Position numbers and translations under genes: made by a program | Sequence record: OM728297.1 | DNA length: 64,000 nt | Strand: one strand, 5' to 3' | Notes under the pieces: generated by a model | The model's input: only the letters and a program-made list of their open reading frames with translations | What the model was told of the DNA's origin: nothing | Databases searched by the model: none | Part shown: positions 7,843 through 17,879 of the stretch, one piece after another | Numbering within the stretch: the stretch's first letter is position 1 | Layout: every line of letters begins with the position of its first letter

Positions 7843-9738
7843 TTGGAAAAGACTTATAATTTAAATGATATTCTATTATCAAATGAGTATGAAAAAATTA
7901 AAGAGGATATCAAGGAAGAAATAATTAATGATATGGCATCTAAGAAAGTAAAGTATAGTAATACTTCTGAATTTGCTAAAAATGACTTTCTTAAAGATGA
8001 ATTCATTGATTTAGTTGTTGATGGGGAAACATATGAAATTACATATGGAAATCTAATCACATTATTAATTGTTGCAAGACCATTTAATCACTTTAAAGTA
8101 CCAATGACTGAAGATTTATTATTTGATCTATCTGATTTAAAAGAATACCAAAATTATTATACTACATTGCTGGAACATTTTGGTTACAGTAATGAAATTA
8201 AATCTATTATTAAAGATGTTATTAGTGAGTTAGCAATTTTCTCTGGGGATATTAACGTAACATTTGGTAATACAGTTTCTATTAAATCACTTATTGACTT
8301 GGGAAATAAAGTAAAGAGATTTAGAGAATTATTACATTATCGTTTACCAAATGATGAAGCATTGGAGTTTAATGATATTGAGGCTATTATTAAAAAGAAT
8401 TTAGATGAAATTATGAAAATTCTTTCTGAAACTGATAATATGCTAAGATATTATATTGATTCAGGTGCTGGTATTAACTCAAAACAATTTGGTCAAGTAT
8501 TATCATTAGTAGGTTCTAAACCGGATTTATTTGGTAAAATTATTCCTTATCCAATTAATACTAGTTTCCTAAGAGGATTAGATGTACGGTCTTTCTATAT
8601 TAATGCTTTAGGAGCAAGAAAAGCTTTAATTACAAACTATCAACAAGTAAGAAACTCTGGCTATCTAACAAGAAAAATTAGTATGTTATTGATGGACACA
8701 AAATTAATTGACTTAGATGATTGTGGAAGCCATGAAAACAACTATCTTTCAATTAATGTTGAGAATAAAGATGTTCTAAAAAGATTCTCTAAAAGAAGTT
8801 ATTTAAATGATAATGGTGAATTAGTTGAAATTGATATTAATGATGAAAGTCTAATTGGACAGGTAATAAAAATTCCTTCTCCAACTACTTGTGCATCTAA
8901 TGAAGGCGTTTGTCGTAAATGTTATGGTAAATTATTTGATATCAATAAAGATCTAAATATTGGTATGATTGCAGTTCTACTATTAACAGATCCATTAACT
9001 CAGCGTTTATTAAGTGCAAAACACTTACTAGAGACTCGGTCTTCTAAGATCGATTGGGGAACTAATTTTGAAGAGAACTTTATCGTAAACAGAAACTTAA
9101 TTTATCCTAAAGTTTATAATGGAACGGCTATTATTAAAGAAGATGATTTTAAAGAAGATGAGGAAACAGAAGAACAAGTATTTGATACATTTACTTTAAA
9201 AAGTGGTAATAGATTTATTTCTATTAGTTCACCAATGAGATTATTCCTAAATAAAGACCTTAAGAAACAACTTGATGAAAGCTTTTATAATATGGAAGAA
9301 ATGCAATTTGAAATTCCATTAAATAAGCTTGATGAAGGCGATAGTTTTGCAACATTCATCATGGATAATAACGAATTATCAAAACCATTAAGGGAAATTA
9401 AAGATCTTATTGAAACTAATAAATATATTAAAGATCATAATGTTAATGAAGTGGTAAACTATTTTATTTATCTCTTAAATGAATCAGGTATCAATATTCA
9501 GTCTGTTCATTCAGAGTTAATCATTAGAGAAATGATGAAACTAGATGATTCAGATAGAACACAATTTAAAAATGATAAAATGCCGGATTATGAAATCTTC
9601 CGTATTACAGATGCTAATCTAAAGGGAGATAGTCTATCAAGATCATTATTATTTGAGCAAGTTAAGAAACAGCTAACTACACTAGATTATGATACATTTA
9701 ATAAAACAAAATCTTCAATTTTAGATAAACTACTTTAA
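7843..9738 (+). CDS. rpoC: Non-virion RNA polymerase beta' C-terminal subunit (AR9 gp154-like)
   Basis: GARKALI, SGYLTRK bridge helix, DCG, C..VCRKCYG Zn site, TQRLLSAKH trigger loop; sequence recognised as AR9-type. Confidence 0.95.
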   Translation: MEKTYNLNDILLSNEYEKIKEDIKEEIINDMASKKVKYSNTSEFAKNDFLKDEFIDLVVDGETYEITYGNLITLLIVARPFNHFKVPMTEDLLFDLSDLKEYQNYYTTLLEHFGYSNEIKSIIKDVISELAIFSGDINVTFGNTVSIKSLIDLGNKVKRFRELLHYRLPNDEALEFNDIEAIIKKNLDEIMKILSETDNMLRYYIDSGAGINSKQFGQVLSLVGSKPDLFGKIIPYPINTSFLRGLDVRSFYINALGARKALITNYQQVRNSGYLTRKISMLLMDTKLIDLDDCGSHENNYLSINVENKDVLKRFSKRSYLNDNGELVEIDINDESLIGQVIKIPSPTTCASNEGVCRKCYGKLFDINKDLNIGMIAVLLLTDPLTQRLLSAKHLLETRSSKIDWGTNFEENFIVNRNLIYPKVYNGTAIIKEDDFKEDEETEEQVFDTFTLKSGNRFISISSPMRLFLNKDLKKQLDESFYNMEEMQFEIPLNKLDEGDSFATFIMDNNELSKPLREIKDLIETNKYIKDHNVNEVVNYFIYLLNESGINIQSVHSELIIREMMKLDDSDRTQFKNDKMPDYEIFRITDANLKGDSLSRSLLFEQVKKQLTTLDYDTFNKTKSSILDKLL

Positions 9739-9740
9739 TT

Positions 9741-9787
9741 AATAAAAACAGTATAAAGGTCTATATGATCTTTATACTGTTTTATTT
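9741..9787. terminator. Long inverted-repeat terminator
   Basis: AATAAAAACAGTATAAAG / CTTTATACTGTTTTTATT. Confidence 0.7.
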
Positions 9788-9860
9788 TTTACATATTAAT
9801 ATATAAATAAATAAAAATATAGATAACAAAATATCAGAAATAAATTTAGGGAGAGATTTT

Positions 9861-10451
9861 ATGTTAGCCTTTCAAGATCAAAAAGAATTCAGAAATCATA
9901 TTAATGATTTTACAAAGAGACAAGAAGAAATTGATGAACTTATGATAGATATCACCGAGTATATAAAAGAATATTTATGTACTAATTATATTATTGGTGA
10001 AAAATTAGTTTTAGTACCTGATGAGCGTAAAATTGATATTTATTTCTTAGAGGAAGTTGATTCATTACTTATGTGTAGCATTGATATTTTTAGTATGGTT
10101 ATTACAGGTTATAAAATAGATCCTAGATTATTAAAGAAACATAAAAAAATGATTGAAAAACAATATAAAGATATGCATGACGCTAAAAAAGGACTTACAA
10201 AACGTTTATCATTTTTAAAATCTATTAAACTCCCAATTAAAAAAAGATATGAACAAATAGAAAGAATTGAATATGAAATCATTCAGACAGATATTGTAAT
10301 TGGCTATATAAACGACTATATTTATTTTACTAATACTAGAGATGATTTAGTCAATCAAATTTCTTATGATATACAAATCAATTTTAATGAAGAAAATGAT
10401 AAATATCCATTTTTAAAATTCTCTAGAGAGTATGAATTTCTTGGTTCTTAA
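9861..10451 (+). CDS. Hypothetical protein
   Basis: ORF track; GGGAGAG RBS. Confidence 0.75.
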   Translation: MLAFQDQKEFRNHINDFTKRQEEIDELMIDITEYIKEYLCTNYIIGEKLVLVPDERKIDIYFLEEVDSLLMCSIDIFSMVITGYKIDPRLLKKHKKMIEKQYKDMHDAKKGLTKRLSFLKSIKLPIKKRYEQIERIEYEIIQTDIVIGYINDYIYFTNTRDDLVNQISYDIQINFNEENDKYPFLKFSREYEFLGS

Positions 10452-10467
10452 TAGGAGAGGATAATAT

Positions 10468-11901
10468 ATGATAAGAATACAACCAACTAGAATTCTTGTT
10501 GAAAATTATAAAGCTGGTGAAAGTGATAAACTAGAGAAATCACTATCTGTATGGGATAAAACTATTTTTCAATATACCTTTTCAGCATTTTTAATTGATG
10601 AAGATACAAATCAATTATTAATTCCTGGAGGTTATGATTACACTAAATTAAAAAAGTGTTTTCCAAGAGATAAGATAGTTAATGAAAGATTAAATGTTGA
10701 TCCTTATAATAAAGTAACCTTTTCACTAAAATATCCTCCTAGAGATTCAATACAACAAGATGCAATTAAATTTCTTTTACAAACAAATGATTCACAGAAA
10801 TTCTTATGTTTACCAACAGGTAAAGGAAAGACTTACTGTTCTATTAACTATGTATTTAAGTCTAAGAAACTACCAATGGTATTTGTAGACCAAGAGAACT
10901 TAATGGAGCAATGGAAGAAGAGTATTCTAAATTTTACGTCAGTAAAAGAGGAAGAGATATTTCTTATTAGTGGTAGAAATAGTATTGATAAGTTAATGAA
11001 AATGAAAAAGAAAGAACTAAAAAAATATAAGTGGTTCATTGCTATTCATAAAACTATTGGTAACTATATTGACGATAATCCAGATAATATTGATAAGTTA
11101 ATGAAACACTTAGGCATAGGTGTTAAATTGTATGATGAAGCACATGTCGAATATAAAAATATATTCTATATTGATTCATTAACTAATACTGAAAGTGTTT
11201 ATATAACAGCTACTCCATCCCGAAGTGATCCAATTGAAAATAAAGTTTATCAAAATATTTTCAATGATGTTCCAATGTATAAAGTTAAAGAAGATGAAAT
11301 TGTTAATTATCACAATATAATTATTGTGAAATTTAACAGCAAACCTAGTATTGATGATCAAGCCAAGATGAAATCAAAATATGGTTTTGATACAAATAGA
11401 TGGTGTAAATATATTCTGGATAATATTAAATATGAAGAATTTATGAATCATATTACAAAAAATATTATTGAAAGAGTAAATAAGAATTTTGATAAAAAAA
11501 CAGTACTATTATTTCATACAATGGCTGGCAATGATGTTATTATTAATGATCTTAAAGAAACTTACCCAAATATAGAAATTGGGAGATATAATTCCAGTAT
11601 TAAGGACAAGGATAAACGCTTAAAGGAATTAGAAAAAGATATAATAGTAACAACAGATGTATCATTTGGGAAAGCTATTGATGTTAAAGGATTAGAGATA
11701 CTTATAAATACGGTTCCATTTGGATCAAAAGTTCTAACTGAGCAGTTATTAGGTAGATTAAGGGAGATTGAAGGAAAAGAGGTATGGTATATTGATCTTG
11801 TAGATATTGGTTTTGATAGTTGTAAAAAACAATTAAAACAGAGACAAAATATATATAATAAAAAAGCAAAGAGAATTTATGAATTAGACTTGACAAAATA
11901 G
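10468..11901 (+). CDS. SF2 helicase (UvsW/DEAD-like)
   Basis: PTGKGKT, DEAH, TATP, QLLGRLR. Confidence 0.92.
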   Translation: MIRIQPTRILVENYKAGESDKLEKSLSVWDKTIFQYTFSAFLIDEDTNQLLIPGGYDYTKLKKCFPRDKIVNERLNVDPYNKVTFSLKYPPRDSIQQDAIKFLLQTNDSQKFLCLPTGKGKTYCSINYVFKSKKLPMVFVDQENLMEQWKKSILNFTSVKEEEIFLISGRNSIDKLMKMKKKELKKYKWFIAIHKTIGNYIDDNPDNIDKLMKHLGIGVKLYDEAHVEYKNIFYIDSLTNTESVYITATPSRSDPIENKVYQNIFNDVPMYKVKEDEIVNYHNIIIVKFNSKPSIDDQAKMKSKYGFDTNRWCKYILDNIKYEEFMNHITKNIIERVNKNFDKKTVLLFHTMAGNDVIINDLKETYPNIEIGRYNSSIKDKDKRLKELEKDIIVTTDVSFGKAIDVKGLEILINTVPFGSKVLTEQLLGRLREIEGKEVWYIDLVDIGFDSCKKQLKQRQNIYNKKAKRIYELDLTK

Positions 11902-11944
11902 ATAAAAAATGGTATAATCATATTTAGATATGATTATACCATTT
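11890..11944 (+). promoter_or_regulatory. Perfect sigma-A-type promoter (TTGACA-17-TATAAT) overlapped by a 17-bp inverted repeat
   Basis: TTGACA 11890..11895, TATAAT 11913..11918; inverted repeat 11907..11944. Confidence 0.45.
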
Positions 11945-11989
11945 AAAATATTCATTTTAAAAGTATTATGGGGGAAAGAAGGAAGATAA

Positions 11990-12880
11990 ATGATCATCAC
12001 ACATTATGATGCAGATGGAAAAACATGTTTAGTTCTAGCCAAAAAATATATGAATGGAATAGGTAGTTATCGAATTTGTGACTACTCAAATGTGGATGAG
12101 GTAGTAAATGATTATCTAGATGCTATTGAAAACTGGCAATGCACTGATTCAGTTTTAGTCATTACAGATATTACTATTTCTAGAGAGACCGCAGAGAGAA
12201 TTGAAAGTTTAAAACACTTATTCAATTTTATTATGCTAATTGACCATCATCCAGCAAATCACTATTATCTCAAGAAATATGAGTGGTGCTTACTATTTAA
12301 GGATAATACCAGTGCTTCTAAGGAATTATATCAATATTTAAAACAAAAAGGTTTAATCAATTTGAATGATGATAGCTATGATGAACTAATTGACTCTGTT
12401 AATTCATTAGAAACATGGGATTATGATAACGAGAATGCTAAGATTATTAATGATTTATCTTATAACTTAAAGACTCATGACTTTTTAGCAAGATTCTTAA
12501 TCAATCCATCTCTCACATTGAGTAAGAAAGAAAAGATTATTCTTGGAATGAGACAAGATGATATTCAGGCAACTATTCAAAAAGTTAAACCAATAATTAA
12601 AGGTAAAACATGTTATATTTTTGTAGATAGATATGTTACTGAAATTACAGAACATATATTTGGGAATTTTGATAATGTAGATGTACTTATTGCTATTAAT
12701 CCAATGAATCATTCTATCTCGTATAGAAGTAGAGATGCTAGAAATGATGTTTCAAAGGTAGCAAGTGAGAATGGTGGAGATGGAAGAAAAACAACTAGTG
12801 GTAGTCCTATTAGCGAAGAAGCAATGTTAAAAATTGTTGATATTTTATTAAAGGATGGTGCTAAAGATTATGCAAAGTAA
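11990..12880 (+). CDS. DHH/DHHA1 phosphoesterase
   Basis: HYDADG, ITD, IDHH, SAS motifs; C-terminal SYRS...GG DHHA1-like region. Confidence 0.85.
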   Translation: MIITHYDADGKTCLVLAKKYMNGIGSYRICDYSNVDEVVNDYLDAIENWQCTDSVLVITDITISRETAERIESLKHLFNFIMLIDHHPANHYYLKKYEWCLLFKDNTSASKELYQYLKQKGLINLNDDSYDELIDSVNSLETWDYDNENAKIINDLSYNLKTHDFLARFLINPSLTLSKKEKIILGMRQDDIQATIQKVKPIIKGKTCYIFVDRYVTEITEHIFGNFDNVDVLIAINPMNHSISYRSRDARNDVSKVASENGGDGRKTTSGSPISEEAMLKIVDILLKDGAKDYAK

Positions 12881-13427
12881 AAATGAAATTTCATTGGGAT
12901 TAAGTGTTAAAATCACAAACAAAAATAAGAATGCAAAGATTATTAGTCTTTGCATTTCTGATCTTGGAGGTAAAAACTTATTTTATGCAGAATTTAATGA
13001 TTATTCTGAGCACTTTTTAGATCATTATGCTAAGAATGATATCATTCCTAATTTATTATTTAATGAGAAAAATGATTTTATTATAGAGAGTAACAATCAT
13101 TTTCATATCAAATCCAATAGTGATATAATAAGAAAAGAAGTTTCAAAATGGCTGGCAAACTATTATCTAAAACATAAGAAGAAGATTAAGTTTATTATTG
13201 ATGATAAACAATTTAGCTGGTTGTTCTTTTCAGAATTAATTGATTATGAAATTTTTCCTAAATTTATGTTATCCAATGATACAATTGATTTAGATTCTCT
13301 TCTAGAGTTCCTAAATATTAATCTATCAGGAACATCATTAGAGAAAAAATCCAATGCTATTATTAGCGCCAAAGGGAACATTAGTATTTGGAAGCAACTA
13401 TTTGATGTATATCAAAATAAAAGATAA
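12870..13427 (+). CDS. DEDDh 3'-5' exonuclease-like protein lacking catalytic acids
   Basis: IISLCI...LFYAEF core resembles Rv2179c/DUF5051-like exonucleases; DxE and HxAxxDA positions replaced. Confidence 0.55.
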   Translation: MQSKNEISLGLSVKITNKNKNAKIISLCISDLGGKNLFYAEFNDYSEHFLDHYAKNDIIPNLLFNEKNDFIIESNNHFHIKSNSDIIRKEVSKWLANYYLKHKKKIKFIIDDKQFSWLFFSELIDYEIFPKFMLSNDTIDLDSLLEFLNINLSGTSLEKKSNAIISAKGNISIWKQLFDVYQNKR

Positions 13428-13470
13428 ATTTATATTATAATAGTGTCTTTAAATGAAAAGGAGGAGTAAC

Positions 13471-13641
13471 ATGAATACTTACTATGATTATTCAAATCAG
13501 ACTAAGAAGACGTTAAAAACTAATGAAAGAAGTCTCTCTAGGAAAGAAAGGAGGGAATTAGCAAAACTAGAAGAAAGAGAAAGGAGGCTTTATGATAAGA
13601 AGCAGAGGGAAATTGCAAAACGATTGGGGTTCATTAAATGA
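13471..13641 (+). CDS. Small basic protein
   Basis: GGAGGAG RBS before ATG 13471. Confidence 0.7.
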   Translation: MNTYYDYSNQTKKTLKTNERSLSRKERRELAKLEERERRLYDKKQREIAKRLGFIK

Positions 13642-13925
13642 TAGATGTTTTTATTCAAGGTAAATTTAATATTAAAAGATTAAAAAAGTATTTCCATGAT
13701 AATACTAAAACAATGTTTCTAAATATAAATGAAAAAAATTATCTTATATTATTTGATAATAAAGAACAAAAAGAGATAAATACTAGGGAATTGAGAAACT
13801 GTATAGAATGTCTACAGGATCACATGGATAATGTACCATTAGATAGCTGGACAGATAGAGTTGCAGGTATTAATTATGGTACATATTTTGGACAAAATTT
13901 ATCCTTAAGAGTATATATTTTGTAG
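13638..13925 (+). CDS. Hypothetical protein
   Basis: ORF track; overlaps the previous stop. Confidence 0.7.
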   Translation: MIDVFIQGKFNIKRLKKYFHDNTKTMFLNINEKNYLILFDNKEQKEINTRELRNCIECLQDHMDNVPLDSWTDRVAGINYGTYFGQNLSLRVYIL

Positions 13926-13993
13926 ATTAATTTTCATAAAAAGTTAGAAAAAATTAAACATAAAAATGTATCAAAAAAAAAATAATTAGAAAT

Positions 13994-15034
13994 ATGGGGG
14001 AACACTTAATGAGCAGACTAGACACAGTAGAAAGAATTGAAAAAACTTTATTTTCAGTAGGAAATCTATTCTCCGTGAAAAATGTAATTCTTAATGGAAA
14101 TAAAGGAAAGAACGATAATAAATTAAATTCTATTTATACACGCTCATATGATTCACAAAAATATTCAGATAGAAGTACGTTAGATCAAATCCAAATCAGA
14201 ACTTCTGATTTCCTTGTATTTTCATATCATGATTTTCAAAATAAAATTAATGAGGATATTTTTATCAGCTATCCTCATATGATGAACTTTATGACAATCT
14301 TAACATCTGCTTATAATATGGTTAATACTGATGAAGTTTATCAAGGAAATAACATTAATCCAAAATATGCAAATGTTTCTTTGACAACAAATCCTCTTGG
14401 TGGAGGTAAACAATTAGCTTTTATTCCTACTATTATTCAACGAGATCAAGTATATACTAATGGTGTTATTTTATTCCTTGGATCAGAAGATTATGCAATT
14501 GAATTAGATGCTTCTCAATTAGGCGCTCTTTATTATATCTTAAATAATTTCAACCTATTATCTGAAAGCTCTACTTTGTTCCTTACAGGATTAATGTTTG
14601 ATTCAGCTGTAGAAGGTTCTGAACCATCTGTCAACACATTTAGCTCTGCACCTAAAAATAATGCTGGCTTTAATGCTAAACCTAAACGTGGAATCTTTGG
14701 TGGGAATAATGGTGCTTCTAGAGGTAATGGTAATACATTCGGTGGAAATAAGAGCGAAGAATCAAGCCCTAAACGTAATGCAGGATTTAAACCGCAAACA
14801 AAGAATGTTACTCCAGATGAGTTAGAAAGTGCCATTGAGAATGGAACTGATCTGAATCCTCCTATTCCTAGTGATGACGATATCCCATTCACTGGAGGAA
14901 TTGAAGATGATTCTCCTATTGAAACTGGAGGAGAGAATAGCGATTCTCCTATTAGTTTTAATGATGTAATGGCTGGAGCAACAGAGATCGAAGTTCCTGA
15001 TCTTGATGATAAAGATGGCGGCATTAATTTCTAA
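13994..15034 (+). CDS. Putative ssDNA-binding/replication protein with Gly/Asn-rich linker and acidic tail
   Basis: Globular N-terminal part, low-complexity linker, internal DDDIPF and terminal DLDDKDGGINF. Confidence 0.5.
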   Translation: MGEHLMSRLDTVERIEKTLFSVGNLFSVKNVILNGNKGKNDNKLNSIYTRSYDSQKYSDRSTLDQIQIRTSDFLVFSYHDFQNKINEDIFISYPHMMNFMTILTSAYNMVNTDEVYQGNNINPKYANVSLTTNPLGGGKQLAFIPTIIQRDQVYTNGVILFLGSEDYAIELDASQLGALYYILNNFNLLSESSTLFLTGLMFDSAVEGSEPSVNTFSSAPKNNAGFNAKPKRGIFGGNNGASRGNGNTFGGNKSEESSPKRNAGFKPQTKNVTPDELESAIENGTDLNPPIPSDDDIPFTGGIEDDSPIETGGENSDSPISFNDVMAGATEIEVPDLDDKDGGINF

Positions 15035-15063
15035 GATTACAAAGCAAAGGGTGAAACAGAACT

Positions 15064-15402
15064 ATGACAAACAGCAATGATTTCCTAGATAAAATCTCTC
15101 AAATTAGTAATACAAAAGAAACAGAAAAGAAAAAACCTTCTAGAAAAGGACGTAAGGTTGAAGTAGAAGTATTGGAATTTGAAATTGATGAAGAAAAAGA
15201 CACTGAGCTAGCAGTATTTGTTAAACAGATAGTTAATAAAGCTCAGATTACCAATCAAGATGTATATAATGTATTAGGAAGAGTTGAAGGTTGGAATCTA
15301 ATTAATGGACTACGAAAGGGTAGTGTTAGTTGGGGAAGAGTAAAGAAATGGTGTGAAATAATTGGATATAGGGTAGAAATTACTCTATCAAAAATTGATT
15401 AA
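15064..15402 (+). CDS. Hypothetical protein
   Basis: ORF track; terminator at 15406..15439. Confidence 0.7.
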   Translation: MTNSNDFLDKISQISNTKETEKKKPSRKGRKVEVEVLEFEIDEEKDTELAVFVKQIVNKAQITNQDVYNVLGRVEGWNLINGLRKGSVSWGRVKKWCEIIGYRVEITLSKID

Positions 15403-15443
15403 TATAAATAAGGATAGACATATATGTCTATCCTTATTTTTTT

Positions 15444-15902
15444 TTATTTTTCTGGATTTGATTCAATTACAGCATCTTTTAATTTAGAGAGTGTATCATT
15501 ATATCCATAATTTACACCACGAGAGTCCAAGATTTCTTTAAGTTCTTTTTTAGTTGCTTCTTCAAGATCTTCCATTGTATATGCTATGTCAGAATCAATT
15601 TCCTCTGGTTCTTCTTCTGAAATTTCTTCTTGTTCTTCAACTAATGTTTCTTCTTCTTGAGACCCTTTAGGATCTTCTACAGAAACTTCTTGTTCTTCAA
15701 CAGATTCTTCCACTTGAGGTTTTGGTTGTTCCTGAATTTTTTGAGGTTTTTCTTCTTCATAACGAACTACATTAAAACCTAGTTTAGTCAACAATTCATA
15801 CTGACCTACAGTAATACTAATAGGACGGTTAATTGGACCTTTTCCAATAGTAGGAATAAGTTTAGAGTCAGTAATTGTTACACGAATTCTTTGTTTACTC
15901 AT
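15444..15902 (-). CDS. Acidic protein with C-terminal HeH/LEM(SAP)-like domain
   Basis: TKKELKEILDSRGVNY...LSKLKDAV helix-extension-helix pattern. Confidence 0.6.
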   Translation of the reverse strand: MSKQRIRVTITDSKLIPTIGKGPINRPISITVGQYELLTKLGFNVVRYEEEKPQKIQEQPKPQVEESVEEQEVSVEDPKGSQEEETLVEEQEEISEEEPEEIDSDIAYTMEDLEEATKKELKEILDSRGVNYGYNDTLSKLKDAVIESNPEK

Positions 15903-15917
15903 ATACTGTATCCTCCC

Positions 15918-16514
15918 TTAAAGTAAGTCTAGATCTAATAATGACTCTCCGATGGCTTCTAATTCTTCGTCATCTTCATCATCTTCATCCGCTAATTCTT
16001 CAATTTCTTTATCATCAGCAATAGTCTCTTTTTCTTCATTAATTAAAATTTCTTCAAGTTCATCCAATGCTTCATCAAGAATAATGTCATCATCTTCGTC
16101 ATCATCCTCAAAATCAAGAACTTCTTCATTAGAAGTTGCTTCTTCTAATTCAAGTTCTTCTAATGTAACTTCATCTTCTTCTTTGACAACCTCTTCATCT
16201 TCAGAGATGAGTTCATCATCTAATAGTTCTTCAGATAACTCTGCGCCTTCTAATAGATCATCTTCGTCATCATCATCCATATATAAACCTGAAGTGTCAT
16301 CATCTTCGTCATCAAGATCATTAACATCTAAGTCTACATCAAGATCATCAATGTCAACTGATAAATCCTGACCGTCAATTTTTGCTTCATCAAGAACTTC
16401 ATCTTCAGTTGTTTCAACTGTTTCTAGTTCTTCCTCTAAACCCTCAAGTTCCTCATCAATATTAAGCAACTCAGTATCTTCATTAAGCATCTTATTTTTA
16501 ATAGTTTTAAACAT
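15918..16514 (-). CDS. Hyperacidic protein (prohead core/scaffold or DNA-mimic candidate)
   Basis: Roughly half D/E; sits in a late operon. Confidence 0.75.
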   Translation of the reverse strand: MFKTIKNKMLNEDTELLNIDEELEGLEEELETVETTEDEVLDEAKIDGQDLSVDIDDLDVDLDVNDLDDEDDDTSGLYMDDDDEDDLLEGAELSEELLDDELISEDEEVVKEEDEVTLEELELEEATSNEEVLDFEDDDEDDDIILDEALDELEEILINEEKETIADDKEIEELADEDDEDDEELEAIGESLLDLDLL

Positions 16515-16554
16515 TTAAGTCTGCTCCTTCCTTAAATAAGGTAATTATACTTAT

Positions 16555-17742
16555 TTAATTGTTTAAAATTGTATTCTTTATTTCTTTTAGTATGAAGAGA
16601 ATACATGGAATAATCATATAATTATCCAATGTCTCCTTTATTTTTTCCTTAGTAATAAAATTAACAATTTCTTCTTCTACTAAAGCATTGTTTAAAAAAT
16701 TAATTATAAAATTATTTATTTTATAATTATCATCAGTATAAGGTTCATTTGTTTTAATTCTTTTAATAAAATCACTAGTAAATAAAGGCAATAAATCACT
16801 GGAATATGATTCAGAGTAACTAATATGGAGAATGTTATACTTGTTTTTATAGAGATTAAATATGCTCTTACTATCGTTAATTTCTTCAAGAGTATAGTTT
16901 AAATTCTCTAAATTATCTGTACTTTTTTCTTCAATGGCTGAGTAGATACTATTATCATATGCGAAAAATTCATCCATACTTTCATTTAATAGCGGTTCTA
17001 TTTTAATATTTTTCAAGAATGTTTTAGAATTGATAAATAGATTATTACTTTGAATAAATTTCATAAGCATATTATCGTATAACTGATCCTTGAAAAGAAA
17101 AGTATTATAGAACTTATTATAAAATAACTTTGTATACTGTTTTGATAAGATATTAAATGCATCATCTATTTTACCTAACAGGAGAAAATCTGTGGTCTTA
17201 AGAATACTCTTAGCTTCTTTACCAATATTCTCATAAACAACTTTATATTCTTCAGTTAATTGTCTCTCTTCCAGTATTCCAAGATTATCACCTGATAGTA
17301 TATAAGTAATTCTATAGAATACTTTATTATCAATACTACTAGTCTCAACATTACTAATTCTAAATAGATAATCTTTATTTAGATAATTAACTAGGAAATA
17401 GTCATTTGGGAGTGGCTTAAGAGTATTAGGTAGAACGATTGCAGTACTTTCTACTGATGTATCTAGACCATTTTCAGTATCATATTCTAAATTAGGATCA
17501 ATTTGTTCCATATTATAAATAGGGAAATTTTCAATTTTATTAAATTTTATAGGAGACTCTACACCAATAACTTCCATAACACCTTGTAGTGTTTGATCTT
17601 CCATAGAATTCATTATATCTTTAGAATAATAAGTGACAAAGTTTGGAGAACCTTCTATGAACCGAGAGAAATCTTTAGTGGTACTCGTAAAATTGTTTAT
17701 ATATTTTTCGATTACATCTTTTTCTTCAATAAATCGACCCAT
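16555..17742 (-). CDS. Putative virion structural protein
   Basis: Late promoter at 17777..17788; TYY...KFNKIENFPIY pattern seen in jumbo-phage virion proteins. Confidence 0.65.
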   Translation of the reverse strand: MGRFIEEKDVIEKYINNFTSTTKDFSRFIEGSPNFVTYYSKDIMNSMEDQTLQGVMEVIGVESPIKFNKIENFPIYNMEQIDPNLEYDTENGLDTSVESTAIVLPNTLKPLPNDYFLVNYLNKDYLFRISNVETSSIDNKVFYRITYILSGDNLGILEERQLTEEYKVVYENIGKEAKSILKTTDFLLLGKIDDAFNILSKQYTKLFYNKFYNTFLFKDQLYDNMLMKFIQSNNLFINSKTFLKNIKIEPLLNESMDEFFAYDNSIYSAIEEKSTDNLENLNYTLEEINDSKSIFNLYKNKYNILHISYSESYSSDLLPLFTSDFIKRIKTNEPYTDDNYKINNFIINFLNNALVEEEIVNFITKEKIKETLDNYMIIPCILFILKEIKNTILNN

Positions 17743-17879
17743 TATTTTAACCTCCTTTAAATTAATATAAAGCCAATATTCATTTGTTCAGTTATTATTT
17801 ACATGATAAACTTTGATTCATTTGTTGAAACATACTATTAGTGATTTAAAAATAAAATAAGAAGGAGGGAGAATAAGAA

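Noticed and set aside
14533-15024. 163-aa antisense ORF
   Set aside because: Shadow of the low-complexity tail of 13994..15034.
15952-16371. 139-aa poly-Ser ORF on the + strand
   Set aside because: Antisense shadow of the GAA/GAT-rich acidic gene; no RBS or promoter.
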